The notes under the pieces are model-generated. The model was not told the origin of the DNA. It made no database searches and saw nothing but the letters and a program-made list of their open reading frames with translations. A stretch of DNA of 64,000 nucleotides, from assembly GCA_003647275.1 (NCBI GenBank), contig QMMN01000009.1, forward strand, positions 2,496 through 66,495, in the 5' to 3' direction. Positions 38,251 to 47,581 of this stretch are shown in pieces. How positions within the stretch are numbered: the first letter of the stretch is position 1; every line of letters starts with the position of its first letter. The position numbers and the translations under genes are program-made. This DNA comes from Deltaproteobacteria bacterium (GTDB lineage: Bacteria > Desulfobacterota > Desulfobacteria > Desulfobacterales > C00003060).

Positions 38251-38919
38251 ATGATCGGATTGAACTCAGCCATAACACACAAGGCAGAGCGCAGAACGCA
38301 AAGCGCAAAGCGCAAAGGAAACCCATTGTTACCGGTATGCGCCATGCGCTATACGCCATGCGTGTATGTTCTCCTTGCCCTTTTGGCTTTGCCTTTCTTT
38401 TCAGCATGCAGTTCCCCTATGAGCTATATCCATCCCACAGCGGACTTTACATATATTAAGACCGTGGCCATTGTCCCTTTTAATAATCTGACACAGGAAA
38501 AAGGGGCAGCGGGCAAGGTGATGAATGTCGTGGCTACAGAGGTGTTGAGGCGGGGTGTATTTGACGTTGTTGAATTTGGAGAGGTTACCAAAGTGCTGAA
38601 GGAGGAGGGATTCAGGGGCGGGGGTTCAATCAGCAAGCATGTTGCCGAAAGAGCTGGCAAGCGTTTGAATGTCCAGGCCTTTATCTTGGGCTCGGTTGAA
38701 GAGTACGGTGTCTCACGCACGGGCGGAAGCTCATATCCGGAAGTCTCTGTCTCCTTAAAGTTGATAGATGCAAAATCTTATAAGATTCTATGGGAAGCGA
38801 CCCACAGCGTAAAAGGGACGACTGTCCTGGATCGACTCTTTGGTATCAGTAAAAAAAGCACAAGTGATCTTGCAAAAGAGCTGGTTGCCAAGATGTTTGA
38901 TACGCTGTTTGGAACGTAA
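38251..38919 (+). CDS. CsgG/GNA1162-like lipoprotein (start 38251 or 38344)
   Basis: Lipobox FSAC; 'VAIVPFNNLT', 'ILGSVEEYG', 'LKLIDAKSYKILW'. Confidence 0.8.
   Translation: MIGLNSAITHKAERRTQSAKRKGNPLLPVCAMRYTPCVYVLLALLALPFFSACSSPMSYIHPTADFTYIKTVAIVPFNNLTQEKGAAGKVMNVVATEVLRRGVFDVVEFGEVTKVLKEEGFRGGGSISKHVAERAGKRLNVQAFILGSVEEYGVSRTGGSSYPEVSVSLKLIDAKSYKILWEATHSVKGTTVLDRLFGISKKSTSDLAKELVAKMFDTLFGT
38278..38363. repeat. Two opposed blocks of tandem heptamers (CAAAGCG-like x6, YATGCGC-like x4)
   Basis: cacaagg cagagcg cagaacg caaagcg caaagcg caaagga ... tatgcgc catgcgc tatacgc catgcgt. Confidence 0.85.
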
Positions 38920-38994
38920 TATCAAAATTATTTTTGCACAGACATAGGTGCGAACAATTTTCAAAAACAGATCCGGAGATAAAAGATTGGTTTA

Positions 38995-40494
38995 TTGAAA
39001 AGACATATACCCGTCATAACCCTTTTGATCCTGTCTCTTTTTTTATCCACTCATGTCCATGGAGAAGAGAAGCCAATCAAGATAAAAACAATTGCGGTCA
39101 TGCCCTTTGAAAACTTCACCATTGGAGATGATTCCTTTGATTTTACCCGTCTGATCACCGATCGTCTCATTGACAAATTCAGCGTAATCCCTCAAGACAT
39201 TTTAGAAGGATTCCTGGTCAAAAAAAGGGTCCGCCGAACAGGTTTGTTAAACCGGGTAACGATCCGGGAAATGGGAATGGCTTTGAACATAGATGCCTTG
39301 ATGACCGGCTCTGTGGATAGCCTATCGGGTGGTGAAAATCCCCGGGTGGCCCTGAGCGCCCAGATGATGCATTGTGTTGATTCTTCTATCATCTGGGCCA
39401 ACGCCGTTTCATACACCGGGGAGGACTTTGCCACCATTCTGGGCATAGGAAAGATATATTCCCTGAAGAGGCTGGTAGACGTTGCCGTCACCGATCTTCT
39501 GAAAGGCTTACCTGCTAAGGTCGGTGCACATGAGTTGGTAAAACCGTTTGAGATTGTGCATGCGAGTTTCTTCCCCAAGGTATTAAAAGGTGGCCAGACA
39601 ACCACCGTCTCAATTGAAGTCAGTGAGATTACAGGAAAGCTTAAGGATCTTAAGGCCTTTGTCCTTGACACCCAGATTGGGCTTAGCACCAAGGACGGGC
39701 TATGGTACACCGGCATCTTAACGGCTCCGAGCATTGAAGGGGTATATCCCCTTAGGATCTACATGACCGACCAGAGCAACAGGCTTTTCAGTATGGATGG
39801 TGTGGCCCAACTGATCGTTGACAACACCCCGCCTGAGGTTACCCTTTCATCGGGACAAAAGGTTATATCACCCAATAAGGATGGCATAAAGGACAGTATC
39901 TTGTTCTTCCCGGAACTTTTAAATGCAGATACCTTAGAAAGCTGGCGGGTTGAGATTAGGGACGAGAGCGGAACAGTGGTCAGGTCAGAGGATGGCATCG
40001 GGGCGCTGCCAGGAGGCTTTATCTGGCGGGGTGAGGATAATACGTATAAGTCCGTTAGAGATGGAACTTATTTCTGCCAGTTGATTTTAGAGGATACAGC
40101 TGGTAACAGGACCGTCTCGCCAAGAAAGACCATCGTGGTCGACGCCACAGCGCCTGAAGTAGAGCTAGTACTTGCCGGGGAAGATGATCAGGGGATCACC
40201 TTGGAGCTGAAAACCAAAGATATCAGCGAAATAGCCGATTGGGAATTAACCATCTATGATAGAAAGGGCATTCAGGTAGGAAAATTGGAAGGTAAAGGGG
40301 ATATACCCACGAGGCTAAGCTGTACGTTAAAAAGCCCAAACTCAGAAAAAAAGGGCTTTTTGGCCTATTCCCTGGCAGTAACCGACATTGCAGGAAACAG
40401 ATTAGAAAGAGAAAAAGAACCTCTCGAGCCATCTAAACCAGAGGGGCCTGAACAGAAACCGCCTGAGAAAAAGATATGGATCGAGGATTTTTGA
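38995..40494 (+). CDS. CsgG-like domain fused to Ig-like/FlgD-type domains, exported
   Basis: Signal peptide; IAVMPFEN..ALMTGSV..IIWA; DNTPP, ISPNKDGIKD, WRGED..DGTY..DTAGN. Confidence 0.75.
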   Translation: MKRHIPVITLLILSLFLSTHVHGEEKPIKIKTIAVMPFENFTIGDDSFDFTRLITDRLIDKFSVIPQDILEGFLVKKRVRRTGLLNRVTIREMGMALNIDALMTGSVDSLSGGENPRVALSAQMMHCVDSSIIWANAVSYTGEDFATILGIGKIYSLKRLVDVAVTDLLKGLPAKVGAHELVKPFEIVHASFFPKVLKGGQTTTVSIEVSEITGKLKDLKAFVLDTQIGLSTKDGLWYTGILTAPSIEGVYPLRIYMTDQSNRLFSMDGVAQLIVDNTPPEVTLSSGQKVISPNKDGIKDSILFFPELLNADTLESWRVEIRDESGTVVRSEDGIGALPGGFIWRGEDNTYKSVRDGTYFCQLILEDTAGNRTVSPRKTIVVDATAPEVELVLAGEDDQGITLELKTKDISEIADWELTIYDRKGIQVGKLEGKGDIPTRLSCTLKSPNSEKKGFLAYSLAVTDIAGNRLEREKEPLEPSKPEGPEQKPPEKKIWIEDF

Positions 40495-40506
40495 GATAAG
40501 GTTTCC

Positions 40507-41088
40507 ATGCTTATGCAAGGCCACCTTGTTTTTCTATTCATCAGCCTTTTATTGGCTGTGGGTCCTGGTTGCTGTCTGTCTTCGAGCCCAAATAGTTACC
40601 TGAGGAAGGGTATTGATAAATCAAACATCAAGAAGGTTGCTGTTATCTCTTTCCACAACAACACCCAGATTGCGGAAGCAAGTCACGTTGTAACCAAGGC
40701 ATTTATTGCCGGGCTGTTTGAAAGGAAACAGTTTAAAATAGAATTTCCAGGCAACGTCAAAAACCTTCTTGTTAGTGAGCGAGTTATTGTAAGGACAGGC
40801 CTTGATCTTCAAACCATAAAATTGATGGCCAAAAGACTGGGCGTGGATGCCGTTATCTTAGGCGAGGTAGACGAATACGTAGGCGTGGATGACAGAAAAA
40901 AGTCTGTCATTCCAGTAGTTTCCATTCGTTCAAGGATGGTGGATACCCGAACAGGCAAGATACTGTGGCTGGCCCAGCACAGGAAAACAGGTGATGAGTA
41001 CATAAAAGTTCTCGATTTTGGAAAGGTCAGGTCGGTGGCTAGATTGGCCCGAAAGGTTGTCGGCGAAATGATTGAGACCATGCCGTGA
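40507..41088 (+). CDS. CsgG/GNA1162-like lipoprotein
   Basis: GPGC lipobox-like; VAVISFHNNT, LGVDAVILGEVDEY, RMVDTRTGKILW. Confidence 0.8.
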   Translation: MLMQGHLVFLFISLLLAVGPGCCLSSSPNSYLRKGIDKSNIKKVAVISFHNNTQIAEASHVVTKAFIAGLFERKQFKIEFPGNVKNLLVSERVIVRTGLDLQTIKLMAKRLGVDAVILGEVDEYVGVDDRKKSVIPVVSIRSRMVDTRTGKILWLAQHRKTGDEYIKVLDFGKVRSVARLARKVVGEMIETMP

Positions 41089-41179
41089 AAGCAGTAAAAG
41101 ATCAGCAATATCTGCATTGGGGCGATTTGGGCAATAGACTGTGAATGCTAATATCCCTGCTAAATTGATAAGGGTCATC

Positions 41180-42628
41180 ATGAAAAAATCGTTCGTATTT
41201 GCTTTTTTGATACTTTTCTGGATGACCATTGCAGGCATAGATGTGCCTCATTGTGCTTCCGGCGATACCCTGGTCGTTGCTGAAGTCAATGGCGAGACCA
41301 TAGATGAAAGAGCCATTCAGGACAGAATCAGGGCCATTCACAGATATAGACCACCGATTCGGCCTGAAGGGGGAGCAGGCAACATCGAGATCTTAGACCT
41401 TGTTGAACAGATGATCGACGAGCGCCTTATGATCCAAGAAGCGTACAGGATGGAACTCGACCGGTCCGCTGATTTTGCAAAACAGATGGCATCCTACATC
41501 ACGAGTCAATCCGTTGTTAGGTTAAAAAAAGAAGAGGTTCTCGATAAGATCAAAATAAGTGAGGAAGACCTGCTTGACTATTTCAAAAAACATTACGAGA
41601 AAGAGGGGCCGGCACCAGAGGGAGAATTTGAGAAAAGAAAAAAGGGCATCAGAAAAAAACTGAGGAAGGAAAAAGAAAAAGCGTTATCTGATCAGTTTAT
41701 TTCAAAACTGAGACAGGAGGCTGATATCTGGATTGACAAGAAGCTCGTCGACCTGATTGATCCTGAAAAGGATTATGCCGGGAAAAAGTCAGTGATAGCA
41801 CGCGTAAACGGCCAGCCAATCTCCCTTGATGATATGCTCCATGATATGAAACAGGCCTTTCAAAGGAGGTCCAGGTTCTTTCGTAGATTAAAAAGCGATG
41901 GCGAACAAGAAAAGATGCTCAAGGGGCTAAAGCAACAAGTGCTCGATGCCCTGATACGCTATAAGTTGGTCGAGCAGGAGGCATTAAAGCGCAATTATGT
42001 TGCCGACCCTGCGTTTATGGACATGGTTAAGAAGCGTAAAAACTGGCTTCTTATCAATGAATTTAAGGCAAAGATAATCTATCCTCTTGCTATTCCAACA
42101 AAAAAGGAATTGACAAAGTATTATAAAGAACATATAAATGACTTTAGAAAAAGCTATGAGGTCTGGTGCAGCGAGATGATCTTTCGGGCCAGGGAAGATG
42201 CTGAGAAGACCCTGAAAGAATTAAAACAGGGTGCGGACTTTGAGTTTTTAGCTGCACGGGTATCAGAGTCGACACCAAGGAGAGCGCGTATATGGGTTAA
42301 TACGGAGTGGTTTTCTCCCCCGATCAGAAAGGTGCTAAATCGGCTGAAGGCCGGAGAGATAAGCGATGTCATTGCCGACGGCAGGCAATATAAGATCATA
42401 AAATTGAAGGGAAAACGAGGCGGGGAACCCGAAGAATTTTCCAATGTGGTCGGGAGGTTGAAACAAATTGTAGCACAGGAGAAATTTGATGCCGTGCTTT
42501 CCGATTATTTGGCAAGGCTGCGTAAAGAATCCCGTATCAAGATTAATGAAAAGGCCCTGAAAATGCTAGAGAAAAAATATACGACTGGCGCACCAAGCCA
42601 AGTTGAAACCACAGATCCCACAGACTAG
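41180..42628 (+). CDS. SurA/PrsA-like chaperone with parvulin PPIase domain
   Basis: VAEVNGETI, IDERLMIQEA, ARVNGQPI, LKQGADFEFLAARVS, GEISDVI. Confidence 0.85.
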   Translation: MKKSFVFAFLILFWMTIAGIDVPHCASGDTLVVAEVNGETIDERAIQDRIRAIHRYRPPIRPEGGAGNIEILDLVEQMIDERLMIQEAYRMELDRSADFAKQMASYITSQSVVRLKKEEVLDKIKISEEDLLDYFKKHYEKEGPAPEGEFEKRKKGIRKKLRKEKEKALSDQFISKLRQEADIWIDKKLVDLIDPEKDYAGKKSVIARVNGQPISLDDMLHDMKQAFQRRSRFFRRLKSDGEQEKMLKGLKQQVLDALIRYKLVEQEALKRNYVADPAFMDMVKKRKNWLLINEFKAKIIYPLAIPTKKELTKYYKEHINDFRKSYEVWCSEMIFRAREDAEKTLKELKQGADFEFLAARVSESTPRRARIWVNTEWFSPPIRKVLNRLKAGEISDVIADGRQYKIIKLKGKRGGEPEEFSNVVGRLKQIVAQEKFDAVLSDYLARLRKESRIKINEKALKMLEKKYTTGAPSQVETTDPTD

Positions 42629-42631
42629 TAT

Positions 42632-44581
42632 ATGAGATTCGCAAGATCAGCATCCTGTTTTCTATTACTCTTTGGAATCATCCTTATAGGCGTTACTTCT
42701 TGTGAGAAAAGGATACCCGGTCGTGTTATCAAAAAGAAGTGCATTGATTGTCATCAAAAGGAGGCTAAAGAATTTAAGGGGGCAAAGGTTGTCCACTCCC
42801 CTGTCTCCAAGGATGACTGTGAATCCTGCCACAGACCGCACGGCATCATCGGCGGCGTGTATTTAAGAAAGAGCAAAAAAGAGCTTTGCTATACCTGTCA
42901 TAAGGATAGTAAGGCCATGCTTAATAAAAAACATGTACATGCCCCGGTAAAGGATGGGAAGTGTATAGACTGCCACAACCCCCATTCGTCCATGGAAAAA
43001 AACCTGTTAAAAGGAAGCGGGAATGATCTTTGTTTTATCTGCCACAAAAAAGACGATTACAGCAGAAAGACGGAACATGCGCCTTTATCTGACAGGGGGT
43101 GTTTGGTTTGCCATGATGCCCATGGTTCTGATTATGAGAAATTTCTTTTTGATTCAATGGCGAATGTTTGCCGTAAATGTCACAACTTTAAAAAGTCTGA
43201 CTTTATCAATGGCCATTCTGGCTATCAGCCGGGGGGGGCTGCCTGTGTCTCGTGTCATACGCCCCACACTTCTTCTAACACCAAATTGCTTCGTGAATTC
43301 GTGCATTCGCCCCTTGATCAAAACCAATGCAGGGCTTGCCACAACCTGCCTGAATCGGCCCAACCTTTAGAGGTCAAGGAAAAGGGCGCGGATCTCTGCT
43401 ATGGTTGTCATGAAAAAAGCAAGTCGGCTTTCAGGAAGGCCCACATTCATCTGCCGGTGGAAAAAGGCGATTGCCTTTCATGCCATAGCCCCCACGCCAC
43501 AGATCATAAATATGTAACCGTGTTGCCTGACGGCAAGCTGTGCTATTCCTGCCACAAAGAGGCAGCAGAGTTCTTGAAGAAGTCGCACGTGCACAAACCG
43601 ATACAAGACAACAATTGCACGGCCTGCCATAATCCCCATGCCTCAAATAACGAATTTGGGGTAAAAGCCGCGGGCAAATCACTTTGCTTTGGCTGTCATG
43701 AACAAAATGACTACACGCGCTCAAATGTTCATGACCCCGTCAAGAAAGGCGACTGTACGGCCTGCCATAATCCCCATGCGTCGAATAACAAATTTGAACT
43801 TCATCTGGTGGAAATCGAGCAGTGTTATAACTGCCATCAGAAAGAGAAGACGCTCTTTGATCGAGTCAATGTCCACACCCCTCTCAGGCTTGGAAGGTGT
43901 GTGGTTTGCCACAATCCTCACTCGATCGACCAGGACAAACTCTTGGTTCAACCAAGGAAAAAACTCTGCTTCACCTGTCATCAGGGGATGCTGGATGGCG
44001 TAAAGGGTGGCACCATCCACCCATCTTTTCAAAAGGGAGAATGCTCAACGTGCCACGACGATCACGCCAGTGACCATGATTTTCAATTGATCGAAACAGG
44101 GGGAGACAATTGTTATCGATGTCATGCCAGCATCCAAACCTCCTCTGAAAGGAATCAATACAACCACGCTCCGCTCAAACAAGGAGAATGCACGGCCTGC
44201 CATAATCCCCATGGGAGTAAGATAAAAGGGCAATTAAACAGACCCCTGGGGAGCCTGTGCCTGTCATGCCACTCGGATTTAGCGGCCCATATAGAAAAAG
44301 ACAAATATCAGCATACGCCAGCAAAGGAAGGAAGCTGCCTGCGGTGCCATACGCCCCACTATGCAAATATCGAGAGCTTGCTTTCAGATAAGGTGCCCCG
44401 TCTTTGCAAGGATTGTCATCATATTGAGACCCAGGCCATGGCGCGTGCCCACTATACAGTCGCCATACTGAACTCGGATTGTATCAGTTGTCATGAATCA
44501 CACACGGCGGAAAATAAAGGCTTGCTGCATAAAGTCATGCACCCCCCATTTAAAGACGGGAATTGCACGGCATGTCACTAA
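42632..44581 (+). CDS. 26-heme cytochrome c lipoprotein (doubled CxxCH repeat family)
   Basis: 26 CxxCH motifs counted by hand; HxP..CxxCHxPH...LCxxCH repeats; lipobox VTSC. Confidence 0.93.
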   Translation: MRFARSASCFLLLFGIILIGVTSCEKRIPGRVIKKKCIDCHQKEAKEFKGAKVVHSPVSKDDCESCHRPHGIIGGVYLRKSKKELCYTCHKDSKAMLNKKHVHAPVKDGKCIDCHNPHSSMEKNLLKGSGNDLCFICHKKDDYSRKTEHAPLSDRGCLVCHDAHGSDYEKFLFDSMANVCRKCHNFKKSDFINGHSGYQPGGAACVSCHTPHTSSNTKLLREFVHSPLDQNQCRACHNLPESAQPLEVKEKGADLCYGCHEKSKSAFRKAHIHLPVEKGDCLSCHSPHATDHKYVTVLPDGKLCYSCHKEAAEFLKKSHVHKPIQDNNCTACHNPHASNNEFGVKAAGKSLCFGCHEQNDYTRSNVHDPVKKGDCTACHNPHASNNKFELHLVEIEQCYNCHQKEKTLFDRVNVHTPLRLGRCVVCHNPHSIDQDKLLVQPRKKLCFTCHQGMLDGVKGGTIHPSFQKGECSTCHDDHASDHDFQLIETGGDNCYRCHASIQTSSERNQYNHAPLKQGECTACHNPHGSKIKGQLNRPLGSLCLSCHSDLAAHIEKDKYQHTPAKEGSCLRCHTPHYANIESLLSDKVPRLCKDCHHIETQAMARAHYTVAILNSDCISCHESHTAENKGLLHKVMHPPFKDGNCTACH

Positions 44582-44658
44582 GGATGGATCATTGTTCATT
44601 CGGCATTGGTAATTTTTCGAGATGAGATACCCCCCGAGTCGATAGCTTAGGAACGACA

Positions 44659-45915
44659 ATGGCGATGGTTCGAAAAGGGTTTTTGACGTCTTTTTTTGTA
44701 ATCTTTTCAGCGTTGGTGATCTGTGCTGCTGTTGCTGATCAGGCAGGGGCTCAAAATGCCAAGGCCAGCTTTAAAAAATGCCTAACCTGTCACCCTGATA
44801 TTCAGCAGGATATGGCAGCAAAAGGGGCTCACGCGCCGTTTAGAAAATTTCAATGTTCACGCTGCCATAATCCCCATGCCTCAAATTATGAACATTTGGT
44901 AAAGGATGAAATCGGCACGCTGTGCAAAAGCTGTCATAAAGACAAAAAGGGGGATCGTGGCAAAAAGTACACTCACCTCCCTGTTGAGGAAGGGGCGTGC
45001 TTGAAGTGCCACAACGCCCATTTATCAAAAAACCCCAAACTATTAGTGGCAAAGGGTGAGGATCTTTGCTTTGGCTGCCATGCTGAGAAAAAGATATTGT
45101 CAAAGAAAAACAGGCATGATCCTGTGAAAAAAGGCCATTGCTTGCGTTGTCACAGCCCCCACTCCTCTGATCAGGAGGCCCTGGTTAAAAAAGACCTGAA
45201 ACAGATATGCACCACGTGCCATTCAGTCAAGAATAAGAAAGCGAAAAACGCTCACCTTGATTATCCTGTGCAGGATACCAATTGCATGTCCTGCCATAAC
45301 CCCCATGGATCGAATCGCAGCTCTTTGATCAAGGAAACTTCCCATGAGCCCTTTGCCCAGAAGAAATGCACGACATGCCACAATGAGCAGGGATCAAAAA
45401 ACCCCCTGGGGTTAAAGGGCAAGGGGGCTTCCATTTGTATTACCTGCCACGCATCAGCCCAGGAAGATTTCAAAAAGATAAACAGCCACGTGCACCAAGG
45501 TGTGTTTTGCGTGAGCTGCCACAGCCCCCATGCCTCAGATGAGGACCACCTTAAAAAGGCAAAAGAGGTAAAGGTATGCCTTTGTTGTCATGAGGACACC
45601 CAGGGATGCATCAAAGACAAAAAGAATGAGCACAAACACCCCTTGGTGAAGGAAGGAAAATGTAGCCCGTGTCATCGTCCCCACGGGTCTAATTTCAGGC
45701 TCTTTTTTGGGGCCGATGAGTTCCGTGTATGCGCGGACTGTCACAAGAAGCATGTGAAGTTTACGCATCCCATAGGGAAAGAGGCCTCTGATCCAAGGTC
45801 AAAGCGAGATATTACTTGTATCACATGTCACAAGCTGATGGGCAGTCCTTATCAGTTTGCACTAAGATTTGACCGGAAAAAGCAATTGTGCATCCAATGC
45901 CACAAAGGGTACTGA
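44659..45915 (+). CDS. 16-heme periplasmic cytochrome c (doubled CxxCH repeat family)
   Basis: 16 CxxCH motifs counted by hand; Sec signal peptide ending AGA. Confidence 0.93.
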   Translation: MAMVRKGFLTSFFVIFSALVICAAVADQAGAQNAKASFKKCLTCHPDIQQDMAAKGAHAPFRKFQCSRCHNPHASNYEHLVKDEIGTLCKSCHKDKKGDRGKKYTHLPVEEGACLKCHNAHLSKNPKLLVAKGEDLCFGCHAEKKILSKKNRHDPVKKGHCLRCHSPHSSDQEALVKKDLKQICTTCHSVKNKKAKNAHLDYPVQDTNCMSCHNPHGSNRSSLIKETSHEPFAQKKCTTCHNEQGSKNPLGLKGKGASICITCHASAQEDFKKINSHVHQGVFCVSCHSPHASDEDHLKKAKEVKVCLCCHEDTQGCIKDKKNEHKHPLVKEGKCSPCHRPHGSNFRLFFGADEFRVCADCHKKHVKFTHPIGKEASDPRSKRDITCITCHKLMGSPYQFALRFDRKKQLCIQCHKGY

Positions 45916-45916
45916 G

Positions 45917-45948
45917 TGAACTGCAAAAGCGCTCGCTAACCCCGCAGC
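45917..45948 (+). repeat. Palindromic repeat family copy D (partial)
   Basis: tgaactgcaaaagcgctcgctaaccccgcagc. Confidence 0.75.
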
Positions 45949-45976
45949 CGCCGAAGCTGACGCTAACTCTGGAGTG

Positions 45977-46888
45977 ATGATGTTTAGACGGTTCTATTTT
46001 TTTGTCATTGGGTTGGTTTTATTTCTCCTCATGCCGGCCAGTGGCTTTGGTAAGCAAGAAGGCCGCATAAAACACCTCTCTTCCATCACTGGCAACAAAG
46101 AGATCGGCTATCTCGGCCTGTTGGGTGGTGTCTTTTTTGACGAAAACAAGAACAGATTGTATGCAACCGATACAACCAATCATCGAATACTCGCCTTTGA
46201 TGCTGATTTTAAATATATTTCAGAATTCACCGGTGGTGGTGCCTTAGCCTTTCCAGCCAGTATCGTCAAAGATAGCAAAGGTACGTTTTTCGTGACAGAG
46301 CCCACAGAGGGGCGGGTCCTGGTGATTGATATAGCCCGAAAATCCATAAAACCGATCGATTTTTCTGCCGTTCCCGAAGGGAACACCATATATCCGGGCC
46401 ACATGGCAGTGGATTCGGCAGATCACTTATACATTGTGGATAAAGCGAACGCCAGGATTCTGGTCTTTGATTCAAATTTACAATTTGAAAGGCAGGTCCT
46501 GGTCAAAGAGGGCCGAGGCCTCAGGGATGTGAAGGTGGACACAGCAGGTCGTATTTATGCGCTGAGCACCCTGGATGGCTCGATTCGCGTTTATGACAAC
46601 CAGGGAAATCTTCTTTTAAGATTTGGAAAAAGGGGATCCAATAAAGGCGAATTCGACTTTCCGGTGAGCCTTGCTATCGACCAAAGGGGTTTGATCTATG
46701 TGGTTGATCAACATAAAAACCAAGTTCTGGTCTTCAATAAAAAAGGGCAATTTCTTTTTGCCTTCTCACAGTTAGGCTGGAGAGAAGGGCGCCTGCATTT
46801 GCCTTCTTTTATTTACATCAACAGGTCCGGGCAGATCTTTGTTGTGGACCGAGAGAACGCCCGTATCAGTATCTTTGAACCGCAATAG
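45977..46888 (+). CDS. NHL-repeat six-bladed beta-propeller, exported
   Basis: Signal peptide; FGKRGSNKGEFDFPVSLAID, GWREGRLHLPS. Confidence 0.88.
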   Translation: MMFRRFYFFVIGLVLFLLMPASGFGKQEGRIKHLSSITGNKEIGYLGLLGGVFFDENKNRLYATDTTNHRILAFDADFKYISEFTGGGALAFPASIVKDSKGTFFVTEPTEGRVLVIDIARKSIKPIDFSAVPEGNTIYPGHMAVDSADHLYIVDKANARILVFDSNLQFERQVLVKEGRGLRDVKVDTAGRIYALSTLDGSIRVYDNQGNLLLRFGKRGSNKGEFDFPVSLAIDQRGLIYVVDQHKNQVLVFNKKGQFLFAFSQLGWREGRLHLPSFIYINRSGQIFVVDRENARISIFEPQ

Positions 46889-46973
46889 CAAGCGCATTCT
46901 CCACAGGAGAGCTAACGCTGCCCCTGCAGGTTCTGCCTGACGGCAGTGCTTCGCGGGTTGCAGGGTTCTTCAA
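46875..46973 (+). repeat. Palindromic repeat family copy E (contains the NHL gene stop)
   Basis: ttgaaccgcaatagcaagcgcatt...cctgcaggttctgcctgacggcagtgcttcgcgggttgcagggttcttcaa. Confidence 0.8.
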
Positions 46974-46996
46974 TAGAGGTTTCCGAAATACTGGAT

Positions 46997-47578
46997 CTAT
47001 ACAATGGTCTTTCGCATGCCAAGCACATACCCGACACTGGAGACCATCACGTGCAGCACCAGGGTTAGTACAAGAGACCACAGGATCAGGTATGGGGAGG
47101 GTTTCACAATAAGATAGATAAACACCCATGCGCCTATGGCCAAGTCGAGCTGATCAAAGAGGAAAAACGCCATACCAACAACCCGCTTCCCCCGCTTACC
47201 CGGGGAGATCCCGAGTTGACGCTTTAAAAAACTGTTGGGCAATTCGCCTGCTGTCACGCCAAGGCCAAGCAATAGTCCCAGCATACCCCCGTCTTTGCTG
47301 TAGTCCAATAACGGCAACCAGGAAGCAATAAGCCCATTACTCTGAATCCAGCCCTGAATCCGCGCTCCCAGTATACAAAAAGCCACATTGATCACGAGCC
47401 CTCTCCAGGTTTTGTGATCCCCAAAGATCCTTTTCCCCCTAAATCGCAGGCCAAGATCAAGTGGTCTCCTCAGCCACCGCAATCTGTTGTATTTGATGCA
47501 CAGCCCCTGGGCAATGGCCACCATCAGGAGTGGCGACCCAAGAAACAGGATCTGGCAGGTCATCTTCAGCACGAACAA
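46997..47578 (-). CDS. CDP-archaeol synthase (CarS/DUF46)-like membrane cytidylyltransferase
   Basis: PLDLG..FRGKRIFGDHKTWRG, GELPNSFLKRQLGI.PG, DQLD. Confidence 0.8.
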   Translation of the reverse strand: MFVLKMTCQILFLGSPLLMVAIAQGLCIKYNRLRWLRRPLDLGLRFRGKRIFGDHKTWRGLVINVAFCILGARIQGWIQSNGLIASWLPLLDYSKDGGMLGLLLGLGVTAGELPNSFLKRQLGISPGKRGKRVVGMAFFLFDQLDLAIGAWVFIYLIVKPSPYLILWSLVLTLVLHVMVSSVGYVLGMRKTIV

Positions 47579-47581
47579 CCT

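Noticed and set aside
42632-45915. Repeated DNA such as gcctgccataatccccatg, possible CRISPR or DGR repeat
   Set aside because: Explained by repeated CTACHNPH coding units; irregular spacing, no cas or reverse transcriptase gene.
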